Origin: Candidatus Omnitrophota bacterium
Lineage (GTDB): Bacteria > Omnitrophota > Gorgyraeia > Zapsychrales > JANLHA01
Length of the DNA: 64,000 nt
Direction: 5' to 3'
Assembly (NCBI GenBank): GCA_023247795.1
Contig: JAHFFT010000003.1
Span: 12,769 to 76,768 of the forward strand
Made by a program: the position numbers and the translations under genes. The notes below the pieces were generated by a model. That model had not been told where the DNA came from. It was given only the letters and a program-made list of their open reading frames with translations, and did no database searches. Of this stretch, positions 10,303-19,554 are shown in pieces. How positions within the stretch are numbered: position 1 is the first letter of the stretch; each line of letters starts with the position of its first letter.

Positions 10303-11025
10303 TTGAATCTCTTAGAAACAAAAGGTTTGGTCAAAGCGTACGGCGGCCGCCGGGTGGTTGACGGTTTGAGCATCTCAGTCAACCGGTCCGAGATCGTCGG
10401 TATTTTGGGCCCCAACGGCGCAGGTAAGACGACATCCTTTTACATGATTGTGGGGATCATTGCTGCCGATGAGGGGCAGATTTTTTTTGATCAAATGGAC
10501 ATCACCAAAAAACCGATTCATGATCGTTGCCGTTTGGGGATCGGTTATCTCGCCCAGGAAACCTCCATCTTTCGCAAATTGACCGTCGAGGAAAACATCA
10601 TGGCGATTTTAGAAACCCTCGCGATCAGTCCACGGGAACGTCATCGTCGTTTAGAATCCCTTCTTGAGGAGTTGAACATCACCCATTTGGCCAAGAGCAA
10701 GGCCTATACGTTATCGGGTGGTGAACGCCGCAGGCTAGAAATCACTCGGGCGCTGGTGACCAATCCCTCTTTCCTTTTATTGGATGAGCCGTTTTCTGGA
10801 ATCGACCCGATCGTGGTGGCAGAGGCGCAGGAGATCATCAGAGATTTAAAGAAACGGGGCTTAGGGATTTTATTGACCGACCATAATGTGCGTGAGACCC
10901 TGGCCATTACTGATCGTTCTTATCTGGTCGCTGACGGCCGGCTTTTGGTTTCGGGGACGTCGGAAGAGCTGATCAACGACCCCAAGGCCAAACGGATTTA
11001 TCTGGGTGAAAAGTTCAAAATGTAA
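10303..11025 (+). CDS. lptB: LPS export ABC transporter ATPase
   Basis: GPNGAGKTT, LSGGERRR, LDEPF, TDHNVRE. Confidence 0.96.
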   Translation: MNLLETKGLVKAYGGRRVVDGLSISVNRSEIVGILGPNGAGKTTSFYMIVGIIAADEGQIFFDQMDITKKPIHDRCRLGIGYLAQETSIFRKLTVEENIMAILETLAISPRERHRRLESLLEELNITHLAKSKAYTLSGGERRRLEITRALVTNPSFLLLDEPFSGIDPIVVAEAQEIIRDLKKRGLGILLTDHNVRETLAITDRSYLVADGRLLVSGTSEELINDPKAKRIYLGEKFKM

Positions 11026-11037
11026 ATAAAAATGCGA

Positions 11038-11132
11038 CAAGTTTCAGGTCGCAAGTTGCAAGCAAAAATTACTTGAGACGGGAGACTTGCGACAGGCCAC
11101 TTTTAAAAGGGACTTGAGACTTGTCACTTGTT
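11038..11132. repeat. Inverted arrays of 7-bp tandem units
   Basis: caagttt caggtcg caagttg ... acttgag acgggag acttgcg ... acttgag acttgtc acttgtt. Confidence 0.75.
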
Positions 11133-11155
11133 GCTGTTAAAGAAAGTGAGTTCGT

Positions 11156-12058
11156 ATGAAAGTCGTTGTCAAAAAATTGGATTCATTAAGGCGAGAGCTG
11201 TCTTTTGAAATTCCCAAGGAACGTGTTTCACTAAAGCTCGAGGAGGTTTATAAAGATCTCAGTAAAGTTGCCAAAGTCAAAGGTTTTCGCGAAGGCAAAG
11301 CCCCGCGGCAGGTCATTGAAAGGCAGCACGGTGAGTTAGCCAAAGAAGAAACCGTTAAAAAATTGATTCCGGAAGTTTATCATGAGGGGATCAAGCAGGA
11401 AAACATCGCCCCTTTGGACCTGCCGGAGATCCACGACGTGAATTTTAAAGATGGGATCATCACTTTCAAGGCGCAGATTGATTTAAAGCCCGAGGTCAAA
11501 ATCAAAAGTTATAAAGGAATCAAAGTGCAGCGCAAGAGTGCTAAGGTCACTGACGAAGAAATCAATAAGACGTTGGATTATTTCAAGAAGAGCACGGGGC
11601 AGGACGAAAGTTTGGCGATTGATGATAAATTCGCTAAGGGGTTAGGTTATCCCAGTCTCAACGCTTTCAAGGAATCGATCTCCCGGCAAATGGAGATGGA
11701 TAAAGACCGTCATAATCGCCTTGATGTTGAAAACCAGATCGTCGATCATTTGATCAAGGAGTCAAAACTCGATGTTCCTAAGTCGATGATTAAACGCCAA
11801 CTTGAGCATCGTCTGCAGGAATCCAAGAAACGGATGAAGCAGCAAGGTGTCGCTGAAGACGAAATCAAGAAAAAGGAACCAGAAGTGATTGAGGAACTGG
11901 AACCCATTGTTGAAAAAGATGTTAAAATTTATTTAATTTTTGATAAAATAGCCGAGCTCGAAAGCATCACGGCCAAAGAAGGCGAGCCGTTCACGCAAAA
12001 GGTCATGGAATTTTTGTTGAAGGAAGCCGAGTGGCGGGAAGAACAGAGTGTCAAATAA
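11156..12058 (+). CDS. tig: Trigger factor lacking the FKBP PPIase domain
   Basis: GFREGKAP ribosome-binding motif; 300 aa; upstream of clpP. Confidence 0.9.
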   Translation: MKVVVKKLDSLRRELSFEIPKERVSLKLEEVYKDLSKVAKVKGFREGKAPRQVIERQHGELAKEETVKKLIPEVYHEGIKQENIAPLDLPEIHDVNFKDGIITFKAQIDLKPEVKIKSYKGIKVQRKSAKVTDEEINKTLDYFKKSTGQDESLAIDDKFAKGLGYPSLNAFKESISRQMEMDKDRHNRLDVENQIVDHLIKESKLDVPKSMIKRQLEHRLQESKKRMKQQGVAEDEIKKKEPEVIEELEPIVEKDVKIYLIFDKIAELESITAKEGEPFTQKVMEFLLKEAEWREEQSVK

Positions 12059-12079
12059 CAAGTCGCAAGTGACAAGTTG
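12052..12079 (+). repeat. 7-bp tandem array (CAAGTNN)
   Basis: caaataa caagtcg caagtga caagttg; the first unit contains the tig stop codon. Confidence 0.7.
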
Positions 12080-12131
12080 TTGATCAAATTTGTAATAAAT
12101 TCAAAAACTGTTAGCAAAGGAGAATCGCGTC

Positions 12132-12737
12132 ATGCAGCCTCAATCACAAACATTAGTTCCTATGGTCGTCGAGAAATCCGGACATTCCGAGCGGGCTTAT
12201 GATATTTATTCCCGCTTGCTCAAAGACCGGATCATTTTTATCGGGACTCCGATCGACGATAATGTGGCCAATTTGATCATTGCCCAAATGCTCTTTTTGC
12301 AGAGCGAAGACGCCAACAAAGATATCAACGTTTATGTCAATTCTCCGGGTGGATCGGTTACGGCGGGATTGGCGATTTATGATACGATGCAGTACATCAA
12401 ACCCGATATCCGAACATATTGCCTGGGGCAGGCCGCGAGCATGGGAGCGGTTCTTTTAGCGGCCGGCAGCAAGGGTAAGCGTTATGCCCTTCCTTATTCA
12501 AGGATCATGATCCATCAACCCTGGGGCGGGGCGCGCGGATCAGCGAGCGATATCTCCATCCAGGCCAAAGAAATTTTACGCATGAAAGATGATTTGAACA
12601 AACTGCTGGCTCGGCATACCAAACAGCCGCTTGAGAAGATCGAAAACGACACTGACCGTGATTATTTCATGTCGGCCGCCGAAGCCAAGGATTACGGTTT
12701 GGTCGACGAGGTTTTAGAGTTTAAGAAAGGAAAGTAG
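12132..12737 (+). CDS. clpP: ATP-dependent Clp protease proteolytic subunit
   Basis: [14 protein letters not shown] (Ser), MIHQP (His), DRD. Confidence 0.98.
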   Translation: MQPQSQTLVPMVVEKSGHSERAYDIYSRLLKDRIIFIGTPIDDNVANLIIAQMLFLQSEDANKDINVYVNSPGGSVTAGLAIYDTMQYIKPDIRTYCLGQAASMGAVLLAAGSKGKRYALPYSRIMIHQPWGGARGSASDISIQAKEILRMKDDLNKLLARHTKQPLEKIENDTDRDYFMSAAEAKDYGLVDEVLEFKKGK

Positions 12738-12740
12738 TTT

Positions 12741-13892
12741 ATGAAACGCAATTTGTTATTGACGCCCGGACCAACCCAGGTTCCGGCGAGGGTCTGCGAG
12801 GCGTTGAGCCGTCCGATCATCCATCACCGAACTCCACAGTTCCAGGTTTTTTTAAAAGAAGCGATCGAGGGTTTGAAAGAAATCTATCAAACCAAAAACG
12901 ATGTCTATATCTTGGCCTCCTCGGGAACCGGGGCCATGGAGGCCAGTGTTTGTTCTTTATTGTCTCCTGGTGACAAGGTGATGATTGTTGAAGGCGGAAA
13001 ATTCGGTGAACGCTGGACAGAGATCTGCCAGGCTTATGGGATCCAAACGCAAGTCATCAAGGCTGAGTGGGGGAAGGTCGTTGATCCGAAAATGGTTGAG
13101 GCGGCGCTCAAAAAAGATAAAACGATCAAGGCGGTTTTTACCACTTTGGCGGAGACATCGACGGGTGTGACATTTGACATCAAAAGTTTGGGGAAGGTGG
13201 TCAAGGAAACTCCCGCGGTTTTGGTCGTTGACGCGGTCAGTGGATTAGGTGTTGAAGACTTGAAGACCGATGCTTGGGGTGTTGATGTTGTGGCATCAGC
13301 TTCACATAAGGGGTTGATGTTGCCACCGGGGCTAGGATTTGTTTCCTTGAGTGCAAAGGCCAAAGCCTTGATGGTCCATTCCAAATGTCCAAAGTATTAT
13401 TTTGATTTGCGAGCTTATGAGAAAGCCCTTGCAAGCGTTGACACTCCTTACACGCCGGCGATTGGTTTGGTCGTGGCGTTGCTTGAGAGCCTGAAGATGA
13501 TTAAGGAAGCGGGGCTGGATAACCGATTCGCTCATTACCGGCGGCTGGCACAGGCCACCCGTAAGGGTGCTTTGGGGCTGGGGTTGAAACTTTACGCGGA
13601 TGAATCTTGCGCCTCCAATGTTTTGACGTCCATTTGCGTCCCGAAAGGGATCGACGGAGAAAAGCTGGTCAAGATCATGCGCGATCAACATGGTGTCAGC
13701 ATTGCCGGCGGTCAGGCCGAACTTAAGGGCAAGGTCATTCGGATCGCGCATATGGGCTGTCTTGACGAATACGATCTTTTAACCGGGATCGCTTGTTTGG
13801 AAAAAGTATTGCGAGAGCTCGGGTACCGATTTGAACTGGGCGCCGGCGTTGCTAGCGCGCAGAAATTTTTAAATGGGGGACTGTCCCTTTAG
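12741..13892 (+). CDS. Class V PLP aminotransferase (serine-pyruvate/phosphoserine type)
   Basis: TPGPT, SGTGAMEA, DAVSG, ASHKG, RIAHMG; adjacent to serA. Confidence 0.9.
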   Translation: MKRNLLLTPGPTQVPARVCEALSRPIIHHRTPQFQVFLKEAIEGLKEIYQTKNDVYILASSGTGAMEASVCSLLSPGDKVMIVEGGKFGERWTEICQAYGIQTQVIKAEWGKVVDPKMVEAALKKDKTIKAVFTTLAETSTGVTFDIKSLGKVVKETPAVLVVDAVSGLGVEDLKTDAWGVDVVASASHKGLMLPPGLGFVSLSAKAKALMVHSKCPKYYFDLRAYEKALASVDTPYTPAIGLVVALLESLKMIKEAGLDNRFAHYRRLAQATRKGALGLGLKLYADESCASNVLTSICVPKGIDGEKLVKIMRDQHGVSIAGGQAELKGKVIRIAHMGCLDEYDLLTGIACLEKVLRELGYRFELGAGVASAQKFLNGGLSL

Positions 13893-13901
13893 GGGCTGTC
13901 C
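13875..13901 (+). repeat. GGGGACTGTCCC-type REP-like dimer, copy 1
   Basis: gggggactgtccctttaggggctgtcc; 22/26 identical to 39751-39776. Confidence 0.7.
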
Positions 13902-13926
13902 GCCAAAAAAGAAAGAGGTTGTTTTC

Positions 13927-15510
13927 ATGAAGATTCTCATCAGCGATTCGCTGGCGCAGGAAGGGATCGCAATTTTAACCGCGACTCCGGGGTTCCAGGT
14001 TGACTGCAAATTTGGATTGAAGCCCAATGAACTCAAGGCCATCATTAAAAATTATGATGCCCTGATTGTCCGCAGCGGGACCAATGTGACCGCTGATATT
14101 ATCGAGGCAGCATCGAGTTTGAAAGTCATTGGACGGGCTGGTGTTGGTATGGATAACGTGGATTTGAAAGCCGCGACCAGAAAAGGTGTTGTGGCCATGA
14201 ACACCCCATCGGGTAATACCACGTCGACCGCCGAACATACCATGAGTTTGATTTTGGCCCTGGCCCGCAATATCCCGCAGGCTTGCTCGTCGCTGAAAAG
14301 CGGATTGTGGGAACGTTCCAAATTCAGTGGTGTCGAACTTTACGGCAAGACATTAGGGATCATCGGTCTGGGCCGGATCGGATCAACTGTCGCCAAGATG
14401 GCGAAGGGGTTCGGTATGAAGATCATTGCCTATGACCCTTATCTCACCAAGGATGTGGCGGATAAGATGGAAATTGCCATGGTCTCTTTTGAAGGATTGC
14501 TTGAGCACTCCGATTTTATTACGATCCATATCCCCAAAGCCTCTGACAATAAGAGCCTGATTTCTGATATCGAACTTGACATGATGAAACCTTCGGTCCG
14601 TTTGATCAACTGTGCCCGAGGAGGAATTGTCGACGAGCAAGCCCTTGTGCGCGCGCTGAAAGCGAAAAGGATTGCCGGATGCGCCGTGGACGTTTTTGAA
14701 CAAGAACCGCTGCCGGCGGGTTCGGAATTGTTAAAGTTAGATAATTGTGTGCTGACCCCGCATTTGGGGGCAGCCACGTCGGAAGCGCAAATCAATGTGG
14801 CGATCGAGATCGCGGAAGCGGTGCGCAATGCTTTGTTAGGTAAGGGAATCGTTAACGCGGCGAATTTTCCGTCGGTCACGGCCGAGGCCTATAAAATCCT
14901 TGAGCCATATATTGATTTGGCGGAACGGATGGGGAAATTTTCCGGACAACTCGTCGAGGGCGCGATCTCCCATATCAAAATCATTTACAGCGGTGAGATG
15001 ACAAAACACAAAATCACTCCGGTCACCATGGCCTTTGTCAACGGCATTTTATCACCCATCTTGGGGGACACCGTCAATTCGATCAACGCGGTTGATATCG
15101 CCCGCGAGCGCGGGATTAATGTTCAAGAAATCTTGTCGAATAAAGAAGAAGAATTTGTGAATTTGGTCAACGTCGAAATCAAAAGTGAGAAAGAGGATTT
15201 CACGATCTGGGGGACGCTGTCAGGAAATTCGCAGCCGCGCATTGTTAAAGTCAACAACGTTTACGTTGAGGCCAGCCCACACGGGAACGTGATTTTTATT
15301 AACAACAATGACAAGCCCGGCATCGTCGGTGCCGTGGGGATGATCCTTGCCGAGAATAAAATCAATATCGCGGGGATTACTTTTGGCCGGGAAGCCCCGG
15401 GTGGATTAGCGGTCAGTGTGGTCAACGTGGATAGTGATGTCTCTGCGGCGACGATCGAAAAAATCAAGAAAACCAAAGATATTTTGTTTGCCAAATTGAT
15501 CAAGATTTGA
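13927..15510 (+). CDS. serA: D-3-phosphoglycerate dehydrogenase (type I, ASB + ACT)
   Basis: GRAGVGMDN, GLGRIG, NCARGG, TPHLGA, DKPG ACT domain; ATG at 13927 after GAGG. Confidence 0.96.
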   Translation: MKILISDSLAQEGIAILTATPGFQVDCKFGLKPNELKAIIKNYDALIVRSGTNVTADIIEAASSLKVIGRAGVGMDNVDLKAATRKGVVAMNTPSGNTTSTAEHTMSLILALARNIPQACSSLKSGLWERSKFSGVELYGKTLGIIGLGRIGSTVAKMAKGFGMKIIAYDPYLTKDVADKMEIAMVSFEGLLEHSDFITIHIPKASDNKSLISDIELDMMKPSVRLINCARGGIVDEQALVRALKAKRIAGCAVDVFEQEPLPAGSELLKLDNCVLTPHLGAATSEAQINVAIEIAEAVRNALLGKGIVNAANFPSVTAEAYKILEPYIDLAERMGKFSGQLVEGAISHIKIIYSGEMTKHKITPVTMAFVNGILSPILGDTVNSINAVDIARERGINVQEILSNKEEEFVNLVNVEIKSEKEDFTIWGTLSGNSQPRIVKVNNVYVEASPHGNVIFINNNDKPGIVGAVGMILAENKINIAGITFGREAPGGLAVSVVNVDSDVSAATIEKIKKTKDILFAKLIKI

Positions 15511-15520
15511 GCGCGCGGCT

Positions 15521-16270
15521 ATGAATCTGAGCTGGGGTGAATGGATGCGTTTTGCTGCTCTTCCGGCCTTGCGGGCGGGATTAGCTGATAGTGTCAATCC
15601 GGGAGGGCTGTTGGCCCTGCTGCTTTTTATTTGTTTTCTTTATTTTGTATCAATGGTGGGGGGCAGGATTTTTTATTCCGGCTGTGTTTTTTTAGTGGCC
15701 GCCGTCATCTTGACCACTGTTCTTAATACGGGACTGTTTGATGGGTTTTTGATTTGCAAGATCTATGATCGTTTTTTGCACTGGAGTTTGGTATTTTTTG
15801 TGACGTTTGATTTTATCATTGGCATCATTCTTTTGCGGGACTGGTGGATTTATCTGAGATCTCATCGGGAAGAGCGGTTGCTGGTGCCGTTCCCCTTTCT
15901 TGATCAAGCGCGAGATGTCGTCAAGTCTAAGAGCCATTTGCAGAATAGAGCGGTCCTCTTGCTTTTGTCGTTGCTGACCGCGGGGGTCACCATGCTTTTG
16001 GCCGTTGCCTGGCCTCCCAACATCTATGTCACCATTATTCTCTATCAGTTGACATTGCCGGGATATTTGTTGAGGGCAGGATTTTTGTTGTTGCTTTATA
16101 GTTTGGGAACGATCGTGCCGATGTTAACCGTCTTGCTGATCCTTGATCGGATCTTCATTTCCAGGATGAGAGTTATCCGTTTGCAAAATGTTCTCAGTAA
16201 GGTCCAAATCATCTCGGCAGCGGTTTTTTTATCCTATGCCATTTCGTTCATTTTCTTCTATATATGGTGA
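15521..16270 (+). CDS. CcdA/DsbD-beta-like polytopic membrane protein lacking the redox Cys pair
   Basis: ~6 TM helices; AGLADSVNPGG corresponds to the family D(S/G)xNPC motif. Confidence 0.6.
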   Translation: MNLSWGEWMRFAALPALRAGLADSVNPGGLLALLLFICFLYFVSMVGGRIFYSGCVFLVAAVILTTVLNTGLFDGFLICKIYDRFLHWSLVFFVTFDFIIGIILLRDWWIYLRSHREERLLVPFPFLDQARDVVKSKSHLQNRAVLLLLSLLTAGVTMLLAVAWPPNIYVTIILYQLTLPGYLLRAGFLLLLYSLGTIVPMLTVLLILDRIFISRMRVIRLQNVLSKVQIISAAVFLSYAISFIFFYIW

Positions 16271-16280
16271 GGTGATCCAA

Positions 16281-17555
16281 ATGAATACTGTTGTTGTCGG
16301 TGCGCAGTGGGGAGATGAGGGCAAAGGAAAACTCATCGACTTCCTTTCGAAAGATGTTGATATCACCGTGCGCTATCAGGGGGGAAACAATGCTGGCCAC
16401 ACGGTTGTGGTTGGAACCGAAGAGTACATTTTTCATCTGTTGCCGTCCGCCATTCTGCACAGTGATAAGGTCTGCGTGATCGGCAATGGTGTTGTCGTCG
16501 ATCCTCCGGCACTGCTCAGTGAACTCAAAGACCTTAAGAAGCGCGGCATTACGGTAACACCAAAACAATTGAAGATCTCCGGGTTTTGTCATGTGGTGAT
16601 GCCGTATCATCGGATTCTCGACAGTCTGCGGGAATCGGTCCGTAAAAACAAAATTGGCACGACTGGCCGCGGCATTGGTCCTTGCTATGCCGATAAGGTG
16701 GCCCGCTGCGGGATCCGCATGATTGATCTTTTAAATCCGCGGATTTTAAAGTCAAAACTGGAAGACAACTTGGCCGAAAAGAACCAGATTTTTAAGAAAG
16801 GATTTGGTGCCAAAGAGTTTGTTTTCGACGAGGTCTATCGCGATTACCTCGCTTACGGCCGCAGAATCAAACCCTTTATTTTTGATACGGCGATTTATTT
16901 GAACCGGGCCATTGATCAGAAAAAATCCATTTTGTTTGAAGGGGCGCAAGGGACTTTTCTCGACATTGATTTTGGAACGTATCCTTTTGTCACATCCTCC
17001 AATTCGATCGTAGGAGGAGTGTCTCCTGGCAGCGGCGTGCCGCCGATGAAGATTGATAAGGCTGTGGCCGCGGTCAAGGCCTATACGACGAGGGTGGGGG
17101 AGGGGCCGTTCCCAACCGAATTTTCCACTCGCCTGAAAGACATCGTACAGAAGGCCGGAAAAGAATTCGGAGCGACAACCGGCCGGCCTCGACGCTGCGG
17201 CTGGTTTGACAGCGTCTTGGTGCGCTATTCGCTAATGATCAACGGGATTTCGGAGCTGGCGATTATGAAGCTCGACGTGTTGGATATTTTAGAAAACATT
17301 AAGATCTGTACTGCGTATCAGTATCGGGGTAAGACCTTTAAAGAATTTCCAATGGATTTTGAAGTGTTATGCAAAGCCAAGCCGGTTTATGAAACGCTGC
17401 CGGGATGGAAATGGCCTACCAAGGCGGTGGAGGAGTATAGCAAACTTCCTGGCAATGCTCGTCGTTATTTGGAGCGGCTTGAGGAGCTGTTAAAAGTCAA
17501 AATCCGTTATGTCTCAACTGGTTCCAAGCGACATGAAACAATTATCCGATATTAG
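16281..17555 (+). CDS. purA: Adenylosuccinate synthetase
   Basis: GAQWGDEGKGK, GGNNAGHT, GATTGRPRRCGW; ATG at 16281 after GAGGTG. Confidence 0.98.
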   Translation: MNTVVVGAQWGDEGKGKLIDFLSKDVDITVRYQGGNNAGHTVVVGTEEYIFHLLPSAILHSDKVCVIGNGVVVDPPALLSELKDLKKRGITVTPKQLKISGFCHVVMPYHRILDSLRESVRKNKIGTTGRGIGPCYADKVARCGIRMIDLLNPRILKSKLEDNLAEKNQIFKKGFGAKEFVFDEVYRDYLAYGRRIKPFIFDTAIYLNRAIDQKKSILFEGAQGTFLDIDFGTYPFVTSSNSIVGGVSPGSGVPPMKIDKAVAAVKAYTTRVGEGPFPTEFSTRLKDIVQKAGKEFGATTGRPRRCGWFDSVLVRYSLMINGISELAIMKLDVLDILENIKICTAYQYRGKTFKEFPMDFEVLCKAKPVYETLPGWKWPTKAVEEYSKLPGNARRYLERLEELLKVKIRYVSTGSKRHETIIRY

Positions 17556-17556
17556 C

Positions 17557-17583
17557 TTGACTTTAAAAAAGTGCTATGATAAT
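17557..17583 (+). promoter_or_regulatory. Possible promoter for the OmpA-lipoprotein operon
   Basis: TTGACT at 17557 and TGcTATGAT/GATAAT at 17572-17583 (non-ideal spacing); strong AAGGAGG RBS downstream. Confidence 0.45.
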
Positions 17584-17608
17584 GTGAAAAATATCTAAGG
17601 AGGAAGAC

Positions 17609-18259
17609 ATGTCAAAAATTTTTCGCGCGATAACCCTTTTAACAGGACTCATCTTCATATCCATCAATTTAGCTGGTTGTACGGTGATCTTTCAAAAAGG
17701 GCGCCGGAAAGATGTTGAAAGGATTTCTGCGTTAAAACAGGAACTTTCGGAGTTGGAGCGGGCCAAACAAGAGCTGGAAAATCGTCTACGAAACGAAATC
17801 AATGATAAAGAAGTTTCGGTACAAATGGCGGAACGGGGTTTGGTCATCACCTTTGTTGCCGAGGTTCTTTTTGATTCAGGAAAAGCGGAATTGCGTCAAG
17901 AAGCGTTTGAAAGGTTGGATAAGGTCTCCAGCGTCCTGCAGACAACCGTCAGGGATCTGAGTGTTGGGATTGAAGGGCACACCGATAACGTCCCCATTAA
18001 GGTTTCCAATTGGAAGTCCAATTGGGAATTGTCTTCAGCCCGGGCCATGAGTGTTTTGCATTATTTGATTGAAAATCATCAAATCGATCCGGCCCGTCTG
18101 GCCGCGACCGGTTATGGAGAATTTCGTCCGGTGGATACCAATGACACAGTTGAAGGCCGTCAGAAAAATCGACGGGTTGAAATTGTGATCCTGCCCAAGA
18201 CAGCGAAGACGGCGGGACAGGAACCGGAAGTTGCTCCATCGTCGGAAAACCTCAAATGA
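17609..18259 (+). CDS. Lipoprotein with coiled coil and OmpA/MotB-type peptidoglycan-binding domain
   Basis: Lipobox LAGC; heptad region; LFDSG, IEGHTD, NWELSSARA, NRRVEI. Confidence 0.88.
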   Translation: MSKIFRAITLLTGLIFISINLAGCTVIFQKGRRKDVERISALKQELSELERAKQELENRLRNEINDKEVSVQMAERGLVITFVAEVLFDSGKAELRQEAFERLDKVSSVLQTTVRDLSVGIEGHTDNVPIKVSNWKSNWELSSARAMSVLHYLIENHQIDPARLAATGYGEFRPVDTNDTVEGRQKNRRVEIVILPKTAKTAGQEPEVAPSSENLK

Positions 18260-18297
18260 TTTTAAAAAGGATTGAACGCAAGCAAGGAGGAGAACCC

Positions 18298-18675
18298 GTG
18301 AAAAGTAGAGCGTTGCCGGTAGCTGTTGCTGTAGCGATCATCGGATGTGTTTTGGCGGTCAGTGCCAATGTCACCACCAGTAAGATGCAGGATCAATTGA
18401 TGCAGGAGCGTTATTTACGGATGGTGGCGGAACGAAATTTAGAAAAGGCCAAAGGACAGATTCAAGGCCTGGAATCGGATTTGGCGGATGCCAAAAATAA
18501 GATCGATAATATTCAAGGGATTTTAACTCAAGGAAAATCGGCGAGTGTCCAAATGAATTCCGAATTGAGTTCTTTGCGTCAAGAAAGTCAGACATTGCGA
18601 CAGCAGGTCGTTAATCTTCAGCAGGAACTTCAGCAGGAAATGGATAAGCAGCAGCAAGCCGCGAGTACCAATTAG
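18298..18675 (+). CDS. Membrane-anchored coiled-coil protein, unknown function
   Basis: GTG start after GGAGGA; N-terminal TM segment then Q/E/L-rich heptads. Confidence 0.8.
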   Translation: MKSRALPVAVAVAIIGCVLAVSANVTTSKMQDQLMQERYLRMVAERNLEKAKGQIQGLESDLADAKNKIDNIQGILTQGKSASVQMNSELSSLRQESQTLRQQVVNLQQELQQEMDKQQQAASTN

Positions 18676-18734
18676 CCTTCGACGTTTTTGCTATTGTGTC
18701 GATCGTATGTCGTCGCGATAGTCCTTTCATAGAT

Positions 18735-18761
18735 GCCCCGCCTCGGCGGGGCTAATTTTTT
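18735..18761 (+). terminator. Intrinsic terminator-like hairpin
   Basis: gccccgc-ctcg-gcggggc followed by taatttttt. Confidence 0.65.
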
Positions 18762-18801
18762 AATCCCGCTTCGCGGAAATTTTGGACGTCAATCATGACG
18801 C

Positions 18802-19536
18802 ATGAGGATGATGTTAACAGCGAATTTGCCGAGACACATTGCTATCATTATGGATGGGAACGGGCGTTGGGCCAAGCAACGGGGGTTGCCGCGTTTTCAA
18901 GGGCATTTGGAAGGGGTTAAGCGGGTTGAAGAAATTGTGGAGAGCGCCAGCCGTTTGGGGATCAAGGTCTTGACCCTTTTTACTTTCTCGACGGAAAATT
19001 GGAAGCGCCCGCCGACGGAAGTCGCGATGCTGATGAAGACCTTCAGTTCGGCCTTGGAAAGCAAGATGAAGCGAATGATGGACGGGAACGTGCGGCTTAG
19101 CATGATTGGGCAGCATGAGGGGATCCCGGCCGACGTCCATGAACGATTGCAGAGGGCGACAGAGTTAACGAAAAAAAATTCCGGGTTGATTTTAAATTTG
19201 GCGTTCAATTATGGTTCCCGACTGGAAATCATTCAGGCGGTCCGTGTTCTCGCGCAAAAGGTTCAAGATGGAAAATTGCAGCCCAGTGCTATTGATGATG
19301 AAATGTTGAGCGCGCATCTTTATACCAGCGCTCTGCCGGATCCGGATCTTTTGATTCGCACGTCAGGAGAGCAGCGGATCAGTAATTTTTTATTGTGGCA
19401 GTTGTCTTATACTGAATTTTATTTTACGCAAACCCATTGGCCGGACTTCAATGAAGAGGAATTCAAAAAGGCCTTAGAGGTTTATCAACAACGGGAACGC
19501 CGTTACGGGCAAGTGACAACGTCTCCTCAAAAGTAA
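18802..19536 (+). CDS. uppS: Undecaprenyl diphosphate synthase
   Basis: HIAIIMDGNGRWA, FSTENW, RTSGEQRISNF. Confidence 0.97.
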   Translation: MRMMLTANLPRHIAIIMDGNGRWAKQRGLPRFQGHLEGVKRVEEIVESASRLGIKVLTLFTFSTENWKRPPTEVAMLMKTFSSALESKMKRMMDGNVRLSMIGQHEGIPADVHERLQRATELTKKNSGLILNLAFNYGSRLEIIQAVRVLAQKVQDGKLQPSAIDDEMLSAHLYTSALPDPDLLIRTSGEQRISNFLLWQLSYTEFYFTQTHWPDFNEEEFKKALEVYQQRERRYGQVTTSPQK

Positions 19537-19554
19537 AAGGAATGCCCTAAACCG

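Noticed and set aside
9479-10321. Long minus-strand ORFs (also 23187-23849, 28357-29106, 30587-31150, 46999-47649, 58534-59115)
   Set aside because: They lie antisense to well-supported genes and show no recognisable motifs; treated as shadow ORFs.
11038-11132. CRISPR array at the repeat-rich intergenic sites
   Set aside because: Units are 7 bp, contiguous and degenerate, with no spacers and no cas genes.
13873-13926. N-terminal extensions in the ORF track for serA (also purA 16188, trpD 51785, glgA 44317, GT9 3475)
   Set aside because: They overlap upstream genes or repeats; downstream ATGs with an RBS or translational coupling match the family starts.
17609-18259. Flagellar stator MotB
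   Set aside because: Has a lipobox instead of the TM helix with the conserved Asp; no motA or flagellar genes nearby.
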